A stretch of DNA of 64,000 bases from Candidatus Limnocylindria bacterium (GTDB lineage Bacteria > Chloroflexota > Limnocylindria > P2-11E): contig JBGPKU010000009.1 in assembly GCA_041486085.1 (NCBI GenBank), positions 375-64,374 on the forward strand, written 5' to 3'. Both the position numbers and the translations under genes were made by a program. Each line of letters starts with the position of its first letter. Positions within the stretch are counted from its first letter, which is position 1. The notes below the pieces were generated by a model, which searched no databases, was not told the DNA's origin, and saw only the letters and a program-made list of their open reading frames with translations. Below, in pieces: positions 53,179 to 62,228 of the stretch.

Positions 53179-55061
53179 TGGCCGGACGCGGTGGCGGTGG
53201 CGGCGGCGGGCACGGCGGCCACGGTGGTGGCGCCGCGGGGTTCTTCCACGAGGACGAGATCCTCGGCAAGGCCTACGACGCGACGCTCACGCGCCGCCTG
53301 GTCGGCTACCTCGCGCCGTACAAGCTCTGGGTGGGCGTCTCGATCGTGCTGCTGCTCGTGCAGTCGGCCGCGCAGATCGTTCCACCGATCCTCGCGAAGG
53401 AGATCGTCGACCAGGCCGTGATCCCCGCGGTGAACGGCGCGCTCCCGCGGGACGACGCGTTCGGCCGGCTCACGCTCCTCGGCATCTTCTACCTCGCGGT
53501 CCTCGGCGTGGGCGCCGGCATCCGCTACGGGCAGACGCTCCTGACGACCTGGGTCGGACAGCGAGCGATGTACGACCTGCGCCTCGAGCTGTTCCGGCAC
53601 CTGCAGTTCCTACCGCTCGGATTCTTCGACCGGAACCCGGTCGGCCGCCTGATGACGCGCATCACCAACGACATCGACGCGCTCACCGAAATGGTCACGC
53701 GCGGCGTCGTCTCCATCTTCGGGGACATCGCCATGATCGTCCTGATCTCGATCGCGATGCTCATCCTCGACTGGCGCCTCGCGCTCGTGACGTTCGTGTC
53801 ACTGCCGATCCTCATCGCGCTGACCGCGTACTTCCGCGGCATGATGCGCGAGTCCTTTCGCGCGATCCGCATCCGGCTCGCACGGGTGAACGCGTACCTC
53901 AACGAGACGCTGTCGGGTATGGCGATCGTGCAGCTGTTCACGCGCGAGCGGCAGACCTTCGACGGGTTCGACGCACTCAACCGCGACCTGCTGGCCGCGA
54001 ACCGGGGCCAGGTCCGCGCGATGAGCGTCTTCCAGCCGACCGTCAACTTCACCCGCAATGCGACGGCCGCGGCGCTCTTCGTCGTCGGCGCGAACTGGAT
54101 CCTCGGCGGGACGCTGACGCTCGGGACGCTGGTCGCGTTCTGGCAGCTGCTGAACCAGTTCTTCCAGCCGATCCTGGACCTGGCCGAGAAGTACAACATC
54201 ATGCAGGCCGCGATGGCGTCGTCGGAGCGCGTGTTCCGGCTCCTCGACACGCGATCCAACATCCTCGATCCCGAGCATCCGATCGTGCTGCCACACGTGC
54301 GTGGTGAGATCGCCTTCCGCAACGTCTCGTTCGCATACAACGAGGGCGACTGGGTGCTGCGCGATGTGGACTTCACGATCAGCGCGGGCGAAAGCGTGGC
54401 CATCGTCGGCGCCACCGGGGCGGGGAAGACGTCGATCATCAGCCTGATCTCGCGCTTCTACGACGTGCAGAAGGGCAAGATCGTCCTCGACGGCGTCGAC
54501 ATCCGCGAGATGCGCCAGGTGGACCTGCGCCGGCACGTCGGCGTCGTGCTGCAGGACCCGTTCATCTTCGCGGGCACGATCGCCTCGAACATCCGCCTGA
54601 ATGACGCGGCGATCAGCGAGGACCAGGTGCGCTCGGCCGCACGGTTCGTGAACGCCGACAAGTTCATCGACCGTCTGCCGAAGGGGTACGACGAGGTGGT
54701 CACCGAGCGCGGATCCACGCTCTCGGTCGGACAGAAGCAGCTGCTGGCGTTCGCCCGGGCCATCGCCTTCAACCCGGAGATCCTGCTGGTGCTCGACGAG
54801 GCGACCAGCTCGGTCGACACCGAGACCGAGCACCTCATCCAGGACGCGCTCGCGAAGCTCATGAAGGGCCGGACCTCGATCATCATCGCCCACCGTCTGT
54901 CGACGATCCAGAACGTCGACCGGATCATCGTCCTGCACAAGGGACGCGTTGTGGAGATGGGCTCGCACCGCGACCTCCTCGCGCTGCGCGGCGTGTACCA
55001 CCGCCTCTACGAGCTCCAGTACCGGGCGCACGAAGCCGCGTCATCGCTGAAGACGGGGTAG
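53178..55061 (+). CDS. ABC exporter, fused permease/ATPase (heterodimer half 2) with Gly/His-rich N-terminus
   Basis: TGATG coupling to the previous gene. Walker A GATGAGKTS, signature LSVGQKQL, Walker B LLVLDEATSSVD. N-terminus is MAGRGGGGGGGHGGHGGG. Confidence 0.85.
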   Translation: MAGRGGGGGGGHGGHGGGAAGFFHEDEILGKAYDATLTRRLVGYLAPYKLWVGVSIVLLLVQSAAQIVPPILAKEIVDQAVIPAVNGALPRDDAFGRLTLLGIFYLAVLGVGAGIRYGQTLLTTWVGQRAMYDLRLELFRHLQFLPLGFFDRNPVGRLMTRITNDIDALTEMVTRGVVSIFGDIAMIVLISIAMLILDWRLALVTFVSLPILIALTAYFRGMMRESFRAIRIRLARVNAYLNETLSGMAIVQLFTRERQTFDGFDALNRDLLAANRGQVRAMSVFQPTVNFTRNATAAALFVVGANWILGGTLTLGTLVAFWQLLNQFFQPILDLAEKYNIMQAAMASSERVFRLLDTRSNILDPEHPIVLPHVRGEIAFRNVSFAYNEGDWVLRDVDFTISAGESVAIVGATGAGKTSIISLISRFYDVQKGKIVLDGVDIREMRQVDLRRHVGVVLQDPFIFAGTIASNIRLNDAAISEDQVRSAARFVNADKFIDRLPKGYDEVVTERGSTLSVGQKQLLAFARAIAFNPEILLVLDEATSSVDTETEHLIQDALAKLMKGRTSIIIAHRLSTIQNVDRIIVLHKGRVVEMGSHRDLLALRGVYHRLYELQYRAHEAASSLKTG

Positions 55062-55105
55062 TCCCGCAACAGGCATCGCCCCAGGCTGAGCGCGCTCTTT
55101 GTGCA

Positions 55106-55134
55106 TTGACACGTCCCACGTGGTGTTGTATATA
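55106..55134 (+). promoter_or_regulatory. near-consensus sigma-70 promoter with an internal CCACGTGG palindrome, upstream of arsR-family gene
   Basis: TTGACA (55106-55111), 17 nt, TATATA (55129-55134). The palindrome at 55116-55123 lies in the spacer. The ATG at 55146 is only about 12 nt after the -10. Confidence 0.6.
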
Positions 55135-55145
55135 ACTGCTTGGTT

Positions 55146-55565
55146 ATGGACACGCAGCAGGCCCACCGGAGCGCCGCGGAGCACCTGGACGCGACCTTCG
55201 CCGCGCTCGCCGATCCCACGCGGCGAAGGATCCTCGCGCGCCTCGCCGCAGGCGAGGCATCCGTCGCGGAGCTCGGCTCGCCGTTCGCCATGAGCCAGCC
55301 GGCGATCTCCAAGCACCTCCGAGTGCTGGAGCGCGCCGGCCTGATCTCACGCGGCCGCGACGCGCAGCGACGGCCGCGCCGGCTGGAGGCCAAGCCCCTC
55401 GCGACCGCCACCGAGTGGCTGGAGCGCTACCGCAGGCACTGGGAGGGCAACTTCGAGGAACTGGACGCCCTTCTGGAAGACCTGACGACACGAGAGAAGC
55501 AGGACAAGACAGCCAAGAGCGACGAGCCACAGGAACGCAGAAGGAAAAGGGGAACAGAGCGATGA
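55146..55565 (+). CDS. ArsR/SmtB-family transcriptional regulator
   Basis: FAALADPTRRRILARL...ASVAELGSPFAMSQPAISKHLRVLERAGLI. Confidence 0.85.
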   Translation: MDTQQAHRSAAEHLDATFAALADPTRRRILARLAAGEASVAELGSPFAMSQPAISKHLRVLERAGLISRGRDAQRRPRRLEAKPLATATEWLERYRRHWEGNFEELDALLEDLTTREKQDKTAKSDEPQERRRKRGTER

Positions 55566-56059
55566 GCGACACCGGAGAGCTGAAAGTGACCACGCCCTCG
55601 GACCTGGAGATCGCGATGACACGCGCATTCGATGCGCCGCGCAGGCTGGTATTCGACGCATACACCAAGCCCGAGCTGCTGACGCGCTGGCTCGGGGTGC
55701 GAGACGGTTGGTCGATGGCCGTGTGCGAGGTCGACCTGCGCGTCGGCGGCGCGTATCGCTGGGTCTGGCGTGGCGAGGGCCCCGAGATCGAGAGCACCGG
55801 CGTCTATCGCGAGATCGTCCGGCCCGAACGTGTCGTGAGCACGGAGCGGATGCGGGTCGGCCATGAGGCGAACCCGGGCGAGGCGCTCGACACGCTGATG
55901 CTGGTCGAGGAGAACGGCAAGACCACGTCGACGTGGACGATGCGCTTCGAGACCAAGGAGGGCCGCGACATGGCCCTGCAGTCGGGCATGGACCGGGGCG
56001 TGGCCGAAAGCTACGACGTGCTGGACACGCTCCTGTCGTCGATCGCCGCGCCTCGGTGA
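55562..56059 (+). CDS. SRPBCC/AHSA1-family protein
   Basis: ATGA overlap with the arsR-family gene. R.FDAPRRLVFDAYTKPELL.RW.....W......DLRVGG.YR is typical of Aha1-like START-fold proteins, which are often paired with ArsR. Confidence 0.7.
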   Translation: MSDTGELKVTTPSDLEIAMTRAFDAPRRLVFDAYTKPELLTRWLGVRDGWSMAVCEVDLRVGGAYRWVWRGEGPEIESTGVYREIVRPERVVSTERMRVGHEANPGEALDTLMLVEENGKTTSTWTMRFETKEGRDMALQSGMDRGVAESYDVLDTLLSSIAAPR

Positions 56060-56107
56060 CCACCGCGCGACGGGAACGCGAGGAGGTCGCGCGCTAGCAT
56101 CGCCATC

Positions 56108-57658
56108 GTGCGTCGTGCGCTCGTCCTTCTCGCGGCCCTGCTCATCGCGTGCACGCAGACGACATCGCCGGCCGCGACACAAAGCGCCGCAAGAGGCACG
56201 GCCGGGGGCGCGCTGGCCGCCGACCGAATTCAGCTCATGCACACCGACGACATCCACGGCCACCTCGACTACGACGTCGTCGGGGGCGGCGGCACATCGT
56301 TCAACCAAGGCGGCCTCGCGATGGTCGCGGCGCAGGCCAATGCGTTCCGCGCCCGCGCGCCGCAGCGGACGCTGCTGGTCGATGGCGGCGACGCCTGGCA
56401 GGGGACGTTCATCTCGAACGCCAACAAGGGCGAGGCCGTCACCAGGGCGATGAGCCTGATGAGATACGACGCGCTCGCCGTCGGAAACCATGACTTCGAC
56501 TGGGGACAGGACGTGCTCGCGCAGCGTGCCAGGGAAGCGAGCTTCCCGTTCCTCGCGACGAATGTCGTCGAGACCGCCACCGGGAAGCTGCCGGCATACC
56601 TGAAGCCGTACCTCGTGAAGGATCTCGGGATCACGAAAGTCGGCATCCTCGGCGTCACCAATCCCGGCTCGAACACCATCGTGAAGGCGACGAGCGTCGC
56701 AGGGCTCACGTTCGGCCCCGCGACGCAGGTGCAGCCGTTCCTCGCCGAGCTGCAGAAGCTCGCGGACATCATCGTCGTCGTCGCGCACATCGGCACCAAC
56801 GACGCGGCGACACTCGCCCGCGACGTGCCGGGCATCGATGTCATCGTCGCGGCGCACGACCACGCGCCGATCCAGACGGCGCGCGTCGAGGGAAAGACCA
56901 CGATCGTCGACGCCGGCGCGTATACCCAGTACCTGGGACGCCTCGAGATCATCGTCGATCCCGCCACGCACAAGATGAAGGACGCGGTGCGCGCCGGCGA
57001 GCTGGTGGCCATCGCCGCGTCGCAATCGCTCAAGCCCGACGCGGAGGTGACCGCGATCGTCGACGCGCGGCGGGCCGAGGCCGACAAGTACACCTCGCGC
57101 GTCGTCGGCACGATCAAGTCGGATCTCGACAACCCACGCGACGAGTGCGGCCTGGGCAACATGATCGGCGACTCGCTCGTCGAGTACGGCAGGAAGATGG
57201 GCTGGAAGACCGACGTGGGCTTCTACAACGCCGGCGGCGTGCGTGCGCCGCTGAAGGCGGGGCCTGTCACCTACGGGCAGCTCTACTCGGTGCTGCCGTT
57301 CGAGAACACCGTCGTCAACGTCGACCTGACCGGCGCGCAGCTCAAAGAGGTGCTCGAGGACGCGTCGGGTCGCGCCGGGCGCCTGCAGATCGGCGGCGGC
57401 AGCTGGGTCTACCGCTTCACGAACGCGGGGGGTGAGCGCGTCCTGGAAGCGACGGTCGCCGGACAGCCACTCGATCTCAAACGCATCTATCACGTGGCGA
57501 CCATCGACTACCTACTGCTCGGCGGCGACGGCCACACCTGGTTCGGCAAGGGGACGAACGTGATCTACGGCGACATCGAGTCGGATGCGGTCGCCGCTTA
57601 CATGACCGCGCATTCGCCGCTCGACCCGAAGGTCGAGGGCCGGATCACGCAGCGTTAG
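56108..57658 (+). CDS. lipoprotein 5'-nucleotidase / metallophosphoesterase
   Basis: Lipobox LLIAC. Metallophosphatase motifs HTDDIHGH, GGDAWQG, GNHDFD, AHDH. C-terminal 5'-nucleotidase domain. Confidence 0.8.
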   Translation: MRRALVLLAALLIACTQTTSPAATQSAARGTAGGALAADRIQLMHTDDIHGHLDYDVVGGGGTSFNQGGLAMVAAQANAFRARAPQRTLLVDGGDAWQGTFISNANKGEAVTRAMSLMRYDALAVGNHDFDWGQDVLAQRAREASFPFLATNVVETATGKLPAYLKPYLVKDLGITKVGILGVTNPGSNTIVKATSVAGLTFGPATQVQPFLAELQKLADIIVVVAHIGTNDAATLARDVPGIDVIVAAHDHAPIQTARVEGKTTIVDAGAYTQYLGRLEIIVDPATHKMKDAVRAGELVAIAASQSLKPDAEVTAIVDARRAEADKYTSRVVGTIKSDLDNPRDECGLGNMIGDSLVEYGRKMGWKTDVGFYNAGGVRAPLKAGPVTYGQLYSVLPFENTVVNVDLTGAQLKEVLEDASGRAGRLQIGGGSWVYRFTNAGGERVLEATVAGQPLDLKRIYHVATIDYLLLGGDGHTWFGKGTNVIYGDIESDAVAAYMTAHSPLDPKVEGRITQR

Positions 57659-57687
57659 CCCAGGAATCTGACGACGCGCAGCGGCGC

Positions 57688-58461
57688 GTGCGCGTCGCGG
57701 TCGATGCGGCGCGCACCGCTGGGTCCGCGCTCCTCTCGCGCTGGGAGCGCCGCGGCGCCGGCCTGGGGACGAAGACCACCAGCACCGACGTCGTGCTCGA
57801 CGCCGACCGCGCGGCGGAGGCCGAGGTCGTGAAGATCCTGCGGGCCGCGTACCCCGACGACACCATCGTCGCGGAAGAGGGCTCGGGCGGCGGCGAGCAA
57901 TCGTCCGGCCACCGCTGGTTCGTCGATCCGCTCGATGGGACGGTGAACTACCTCTACGGCATCCCGCACTACGCCGTGGCCATCGCGTGCGAGGACAAGA
58001 CCGGTCTCCTCGCGGCGGTCGTCTACGACCCGTCGCGCGACGAGCTCTTCACCGCTGTTCGCGGGGCGGGGGCGTGGCTCCATCGGGAGCGCCTCGCCGT
58101 GAGCGGCGCATCGGATCCGGCGAGCAGTCTCGTCGCCACGGGCTTCGCCTACGTGGCGGAGGCGCGCGCCGAGCAGGCGCGCATCCTGAGCGGTGTGCTT
58201 CCGCACGTCCGCGACATCCGTCGCTTCGGCTCGGCCCAGCTCGACCTCGCCTGGACAGCCGCGGCCAGATGGGATGGGTACTTTGAGTCCGTCGACAAGC
58301 CGTGGGACTGGAAGGCCGGTGCGCTCATCGTCGCCGAAGCCGGAGGCCGTGTGACGCAGCTTCGGCAGGCGCGGCCCGGCCACCCGCACATCGTCGCGAG
58401 CGCTCCTCTGATCCACGATGCTCTCGTGACGCTGCTCGGGCGCGCCGTGCAAAGCCGTTAG
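57688..58461 (+). CDS. suhB: inositol monophosphatase family protein
   Basis: Motifs EE, DPLDGTVNY, WDWKAGALIVAEAGG. Confidence 0.8.
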   Translation: MRVAVDAARTAGSALLSRWERRGAGLGTKTTSTDVVLDADRAAEAEVVKILRAAYPDDTIVAEEGSGGGEQSSGHRWFVDPLDGTVNYLYGIPHYAVAIACEDKTGLLAAVVYDPSRDELFTAVRGAGAWLHRERLAVSGASDPASSLVATGFAYVAEARAEQARILSGVLPHVRDIRRFGSAQLDLAWTAAARWDGYFESVDKPWDWKAGALIVAEAGGRVTQLRQARPGHPHIVASAPLIHDALVTLLGRAVQSR

Positions 58462-58482
58462 AACTCTCTAGACTTGACCTCG

Positions 58483-59073
58483 ATGGCGATCGAAGAGCGC
58501 CCCGCCGAGACCGCCAAAGGCGTCCCCATCGACTTCGAAGAGGACGTCATCCAGCGGCGTCCGGTGACCACGCAGGCGGGCCTGGGCGGCGAGGACTTTC
58601 CGCCTCGGCAAGCCGTCCTCGCCAACGACGACAACGTCGTCTTCAGCACCGTCTCGAACCTGGTGAACTGGGCGCGCTCGCGCAGCCCCTGGCCGCTCGG
58701 CTACGGACTGGCGTGCTGCGCCATCGAGATGATGGCGACCGCCGGGCCGCACCACGACCTGTCGCGTTTCGGCGCCGAGGTGTTCCGGTCCAGCCCGCGT
58801 CAGGCCGACGTCATGATCGTCGCCGGCACCGTCACCCACAAGATGGCACCGCGGCTGCGGCGGCTGTACGAGCAGATGCCCGAGCCGAAGTGGGTGATCG
58901 CGATGGGCAACTGCGCGTCGAGCGGTGGTGAGTTCTGGGACAGCTACGCGACGCTGCAGGGCGTCGACACGGTCGTGCCCGTCGACGTGTACGTCCCGGG
59001 TTGCCCACCGCGCCCCGAAGCGCTGACCGAAGGCGTGCTTCGACTCCGTGAAAAGATCATCCGGGGCGGCTGA
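58483..59073 (+). CDS. nuoB: NADH-quinone oxidoreductase subunit B (N2 cluster subunit)
   Basis: Motifs [30 protein letters not shown] 58474 is an alternative start. Confidence 0.9.
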   Translation: MAIEERPAETAKGVPIDFEEDVIQRRPVTTQAGLGGEDFPPRQAVLANDDNVVFSTVSNLVNWARSRSPWPLGYGLACCAIEMMATAGPHHDLSRFGAEVFRSSPRQADVMIVAGTVTHKMAPRLRRLYEQMPEPKWVIAMGNCASSGGEFWDSYATLQGVDTVVPVDVYVPGCPPRPEALTEGVLRLREKIIRGG

Positions 59074-60259
59074 GCTGGCTACCACCGACGCAGAGATCCG
59101 TCAGATCCAGGACGGCGCACAGGTCCAGCTTCCGGTCATCGAGTCGGACGATGGGCTCGAGGTCGAGGAGCTCATCCTCAACATGGGACCGCAGCATCCC
59201 TCCACGCATGGCGTGCTGCGTCTGGTCCTGAAGCTCTCCGGCGAGAAGGTCGTCGACTGCATACCGGTGATGGGGTACCTGCATCGCGGCCTCGAGAAGA
59301 TCTTCGAGTGGCGCACCTACCACCAGGGCATCCGCTACGCGGACCAGTCGGACTACGTCTCGAACATGCTGAACGAGCACGCCTACGCGGGAGCGATGGA
59401 GGCCATCGGCGGCATCGACGTCCCGCGGCGGGCCGAGTACGTCCGGACGATCGTCGACGAGCTGAGCCGCTGCGCCGCGCACCTCGTCTGGCTCGGCACG
59501 TACGGCCTCGACGTCGGCGCGACGACGCCGTTCCTGTGGTGTCTGCGCGATCGCGAGGAGATCCTCGACATGTTCGAGGAGCTCTGCGGCTCGCGCATGA
59601 ACTTCAACTACTACCGCCCGGGCGGGATCCTCTACGACTTCCCGCAGGGGTGGCTGAGCAAGCTCGAGCGCTTCCTGGACCGGTACGAGCAGCACATCGA
59701 GGAGGACTACGTCCGCATCCTCGAGGGCAACGAGATCTTCCTCGAGCGGACGATCGGCGTCGGCACGATCCCCGCCGACGTGGCGAAGGCCTTCGGCCTC
59801 ACCGGCCCGATGCTGCGCGCATCGGGGGTCGCGTGGGATCTGCGCGTCGACCGGCCGTACTCCATCTACCCGGAGCTCAAGTCGATGAAGCCGGTGGTGT
59901 TCCCGGACGGCGACGCGTTCGCGCGCTACAAAGTGCGCGTCGGCGAGATGCACCTCGCGATCGCGATCGTTCGCGAGTGCCTCGCGAACCTGCCCGGCGG
60001 GGCCGTTCGCGCGCGCCTCGGCCATGTGTGGAAGTGCCCACCCGGCGAGGCCTACTACACGGTCGAGGGAGCGAAGGGCGAGGTCGGCATCTACATGATC
60101 AGCGACGGGGTGAGCCCGAATCCGTTCCGCGCGAAGATGCGGGGCGCCTCGTTCCACAACCTGCAGATCGCGCCGTGGCTGCTGAAGGGCCGCCTCGTCG
60201 CCGACGTCGTCGCGATCCTGGGCTCGATGGACTTCGTGCTCGGCGAGGTGGACCGATGA
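59048..60259 (+). CDS. nuoD: NADH-quinone oxidoreductase subunit D (49 kDa), no NuoC domain
   Basis: Motifs [54 protein letters not shown] 59048 is the only in-frame start before the conserved core. Confidence 0.9.
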   Translation: MKRSSGAAELATTDAEIRQIQDGAQVQLPVIESDDGLEVEELILNMGPQHPSTHGVLRLVLKLSGEKVVDCIPVMGYLHRGLEKIFEWRTYHQGIRYADQSDYVSNMLNEHAYAGAMEAIGGIDVPRRAEYVRTIVDELSRCAAHLVWLGTYGLDVGATTPFLWCLRDREEILDMFEELCGSRMNFNYYRPGGILYDFPQGWLSKLERFLDRYEQHIEEDYVRILEGNEIFLERTIGVGTIPADVAKAFGLTGPMLRASGVAWDLRVDRPYSIYPELKSMKPVVFPDGDAFARYKVRVGEMHLAIAIVRECLANLPGGAVRARLGHVWKCPPGEAYYTVEGAKGEVGIYMISDGVSPNPFRAKMRGASFHNLQIAPWLLKGRLVADVVAILGSMDFVLGEVDR

Positions 60260-60285
60260 GCGAGCGACGAGAGTCGGACCGCTAG

Positions 60286-61005
60286 ATGTTCGGGATCGCC
60301 ACCGGTCTCATCCGCACGTTGCAGCATCTGTTGCGTCCGCGCCTCGTCACGCGCGACTACCCGTACGAGAGGCGCGAGCTGCCGGAGCGGTCGCGCGGTC
60401 TCATCGCGCTCCTGCTCGAGCCCGAGACGAGCATCTTCAAGTGCGAGTCGTGCCTGATGTGCGAGAAGGCCTGCCCGCCGCGCGCGATCTCGATCTCGTA
60501 CAAGTTCCGGAACGGCTTCCGGCGCCGGCCACTGCTGGCGCCGCGCGCCTCGTACTACCGCATCCGCATGGTGCAGACGGCGCCGTACGGCGACCGCCGT
60601 CCGATGTCGAGCGCGGTCCGGACCGTGCCGGCCGAGGCGGAGCGCGAGCTCGATCTCTCGATCGTCGACGCGCTCCTGCGCAACGAGCCCGCCGGTCGCG
60701 ATCGCCTCACGCGCGTGCTGTACCGCACGAACGCGGCGTATGGCTATCTCCCGTGGACCGCCGCCCAGCGCATCGCCGCTGCGTTCGCGATCACCATGAC
60801 CGACCTGTACACGGCGGCGTCGCTGCTCGCGAACTTCCGCGGCGCGCCAAGGGACACGGGCACCGCTGTGCCGCGCGGTGGCCGCAAGTACACCGGCAAC
60901 CTGGGCATCGCGGGTGCCTGGCCGGCGGTCTCACCGCCGCCCGCACACGATGAGCTGCACGAGCACGAGGCGCATCACGTCCTGGAACCGACCTTTGCCC
61001 GCTAG
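60286..61005 (+). CDS. chimeric NuoI-like (single 4Fe-4S motif) / NuoE-N-terminal-like protein
   Basis: NuoI-like N-terminus (TRDYPYE...RSRG...KCESCLMCEKACPPRAISI) with no second CxxCxxCxxxCP motif. The C-half (RVLYRTNAAYGYLPWTAAQRIAAAFAITMTDLYTAASLLANF) resembles the NuoE helical N-domain and has no Cys. Confidence 0.55.
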   Translation: MFGIATGLIRTLQHLLRPRLVTRDYPYERRELPERSRGLIALLLEPETSIFKCESCLMCEKACPPRAISISYKFRNGFRRRPLLAPRASYYRIRMVQTAPYGDRRPMSSAVRTVPAEAERELDLSIVDALLRNEPAGRDRLTRVLYRTNAAYGYLPWTAAQRIAAAFAITMTDLYTAASLLANFRGAPRDTGTAVPRGGRKYTGNLGIAGAWPAVSPPPAHDELHEHEAHHVLEPTFAR

Positions 61006-62209
61006 CACCGCCGCCAGCATTCTCGAGGGTCGTGGGGACAGCGGCGTCGGAACGGCCCGTGGTCTCGCGCCCGACGCGCTCATCGCGCTCATCGAGCGGA
61101 ACGACGTGCGTGGCCGCGGCGGCGCCGGCTATCCGTTGTCGAAGAAGATGCGAGCGGTGCGCGCTGCCGCGGCCGCGAGCGGTCGCGAGCCGCTGCTGAT
61201 CGCCAACGCGTACGACGCCGATCCGGGCAGCCCGATCGCGCGAACGCTCATCGAGCGCAACAAGGCCAACGTCCTGCAGGGCGTCGCCATCGCGGCGCAC
61301 GCGATCGGCGCGTTCGAGGCCATCGTGTACATGCACCCTGAGGCCGACGCCGCCCGCAGCGTCATGGAGCAGGACATCGTCAAACGGCGCGAAGGGCTGG
61401 GTGCGCTCGCCGTCACCGTCGCGCTCGGCCCCGGCGGGTTCATGGGCGGCGAAGAGAGCGCCCTGATGAACGTGCTCGAGTCGCGTCGCGCCATGGCGCA
61501 CCAGCGTCCGCCGTACCCGGCGACCAACGGGGTGCAGCAGCGCCCGACGCTCATCTCGAGCGCGGAGACGCTCGCGTGGCTTCCCCAGCTCGTGGCGAGC
61601 GGCGCCCGCGCGGAGACAAAGCTCGTCTCGGTCACCGGTGCGGTGAAGAAGCCCGGCATCTACGAGGTGGCGCTCGGCACCACCCTCGGCGCGATCCTCG
61701 ATCAGGCGGGAGGAGTCAGCGGTCAATTGAAGGCGATCCATGTCGGCGGACCGACTGGAGGGATCCTCGCGGCCTCCAGGCGCGACACCAAGCTCGGCTT
61801 CGATGAGCTCAGGGCCGCGGGCACGCATATGGGCTCGGCCCAGGTGCGCGCGATCGCGAGCGACACCTGCATCGTGGCCGAGGCGGCGAAGATGTTCGCC
61901 TACCTGGCCAGGGAGACCTGCGGCATCTGCGTGCCCTGCCGCGTCGGCACGGCGCGGGTCACGGGCATCCTCGAGAGCGTGCAGAGCCAGCTCGGCCGCG
62001 ACACCGACACGACCTGGCTGGACGAGCTCGGCGATCACATGGAGAAGTTCTCGCTCTGCGGCTTCGGCATCACCGCTCCGTCGATCCTGCGCACGACGAT
62101 GCGCGAGTTCGCGGCCGACTACGAGGCGCACATCAGGGAGCGGCGGTGTCCGACGGGCACGTGCGCTCCGATGCGGGCGCGACGGTACGAGACGATGGCG
62201 CAGCCATGA
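60995..62209 (+). CDS. nuoF: NuoF-like NAD(H)/FMN/4Fe-4S subunit
   Basis: Motifs GRGGAGYP, NAYDADPG, FMGGEESAL, SLBB segment, ETCGICVPCRVG, LCGFG. The start is tentative (TTG 60995; the ORF is open from 60878). Confidence 0.75.
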   Translation: MPASTAASILEGRGDSGVGTARGLAPDALIALIERNDVRGRGGAGYPLSKKMRAVRAAAAASGREPLLIANAYDADPGSPIARTLIERNKANVLQGVAIAAHAIGAFEAIVYMHPEADAARSVMEQDIVKRREGLGALAVTVALGPGGFMGGEESALMNVLESRRAMAHQRPPYPATNGVQQRPTLISSAETLAWLPQLVASGARAETKLVSVTGAVKKPGIYEVALGTTLGAILDQAGGVSGQLKAIHVGGPTGGILAASRRDTKLGFDELRAAGTHMGSAQVRAIASDTCIVAEAAKMFAYLARETCGICVPCRVGTARVTGILESVQSQLGRDTDTTWLDELGDHMEKFSLCGFGITAPSILRTTMREFAADYEAHIRERRCPTGTCAPMRARRYETMAQP

Positions 62210-62228
62210 CCGATCAGGTGGTTCGCGC

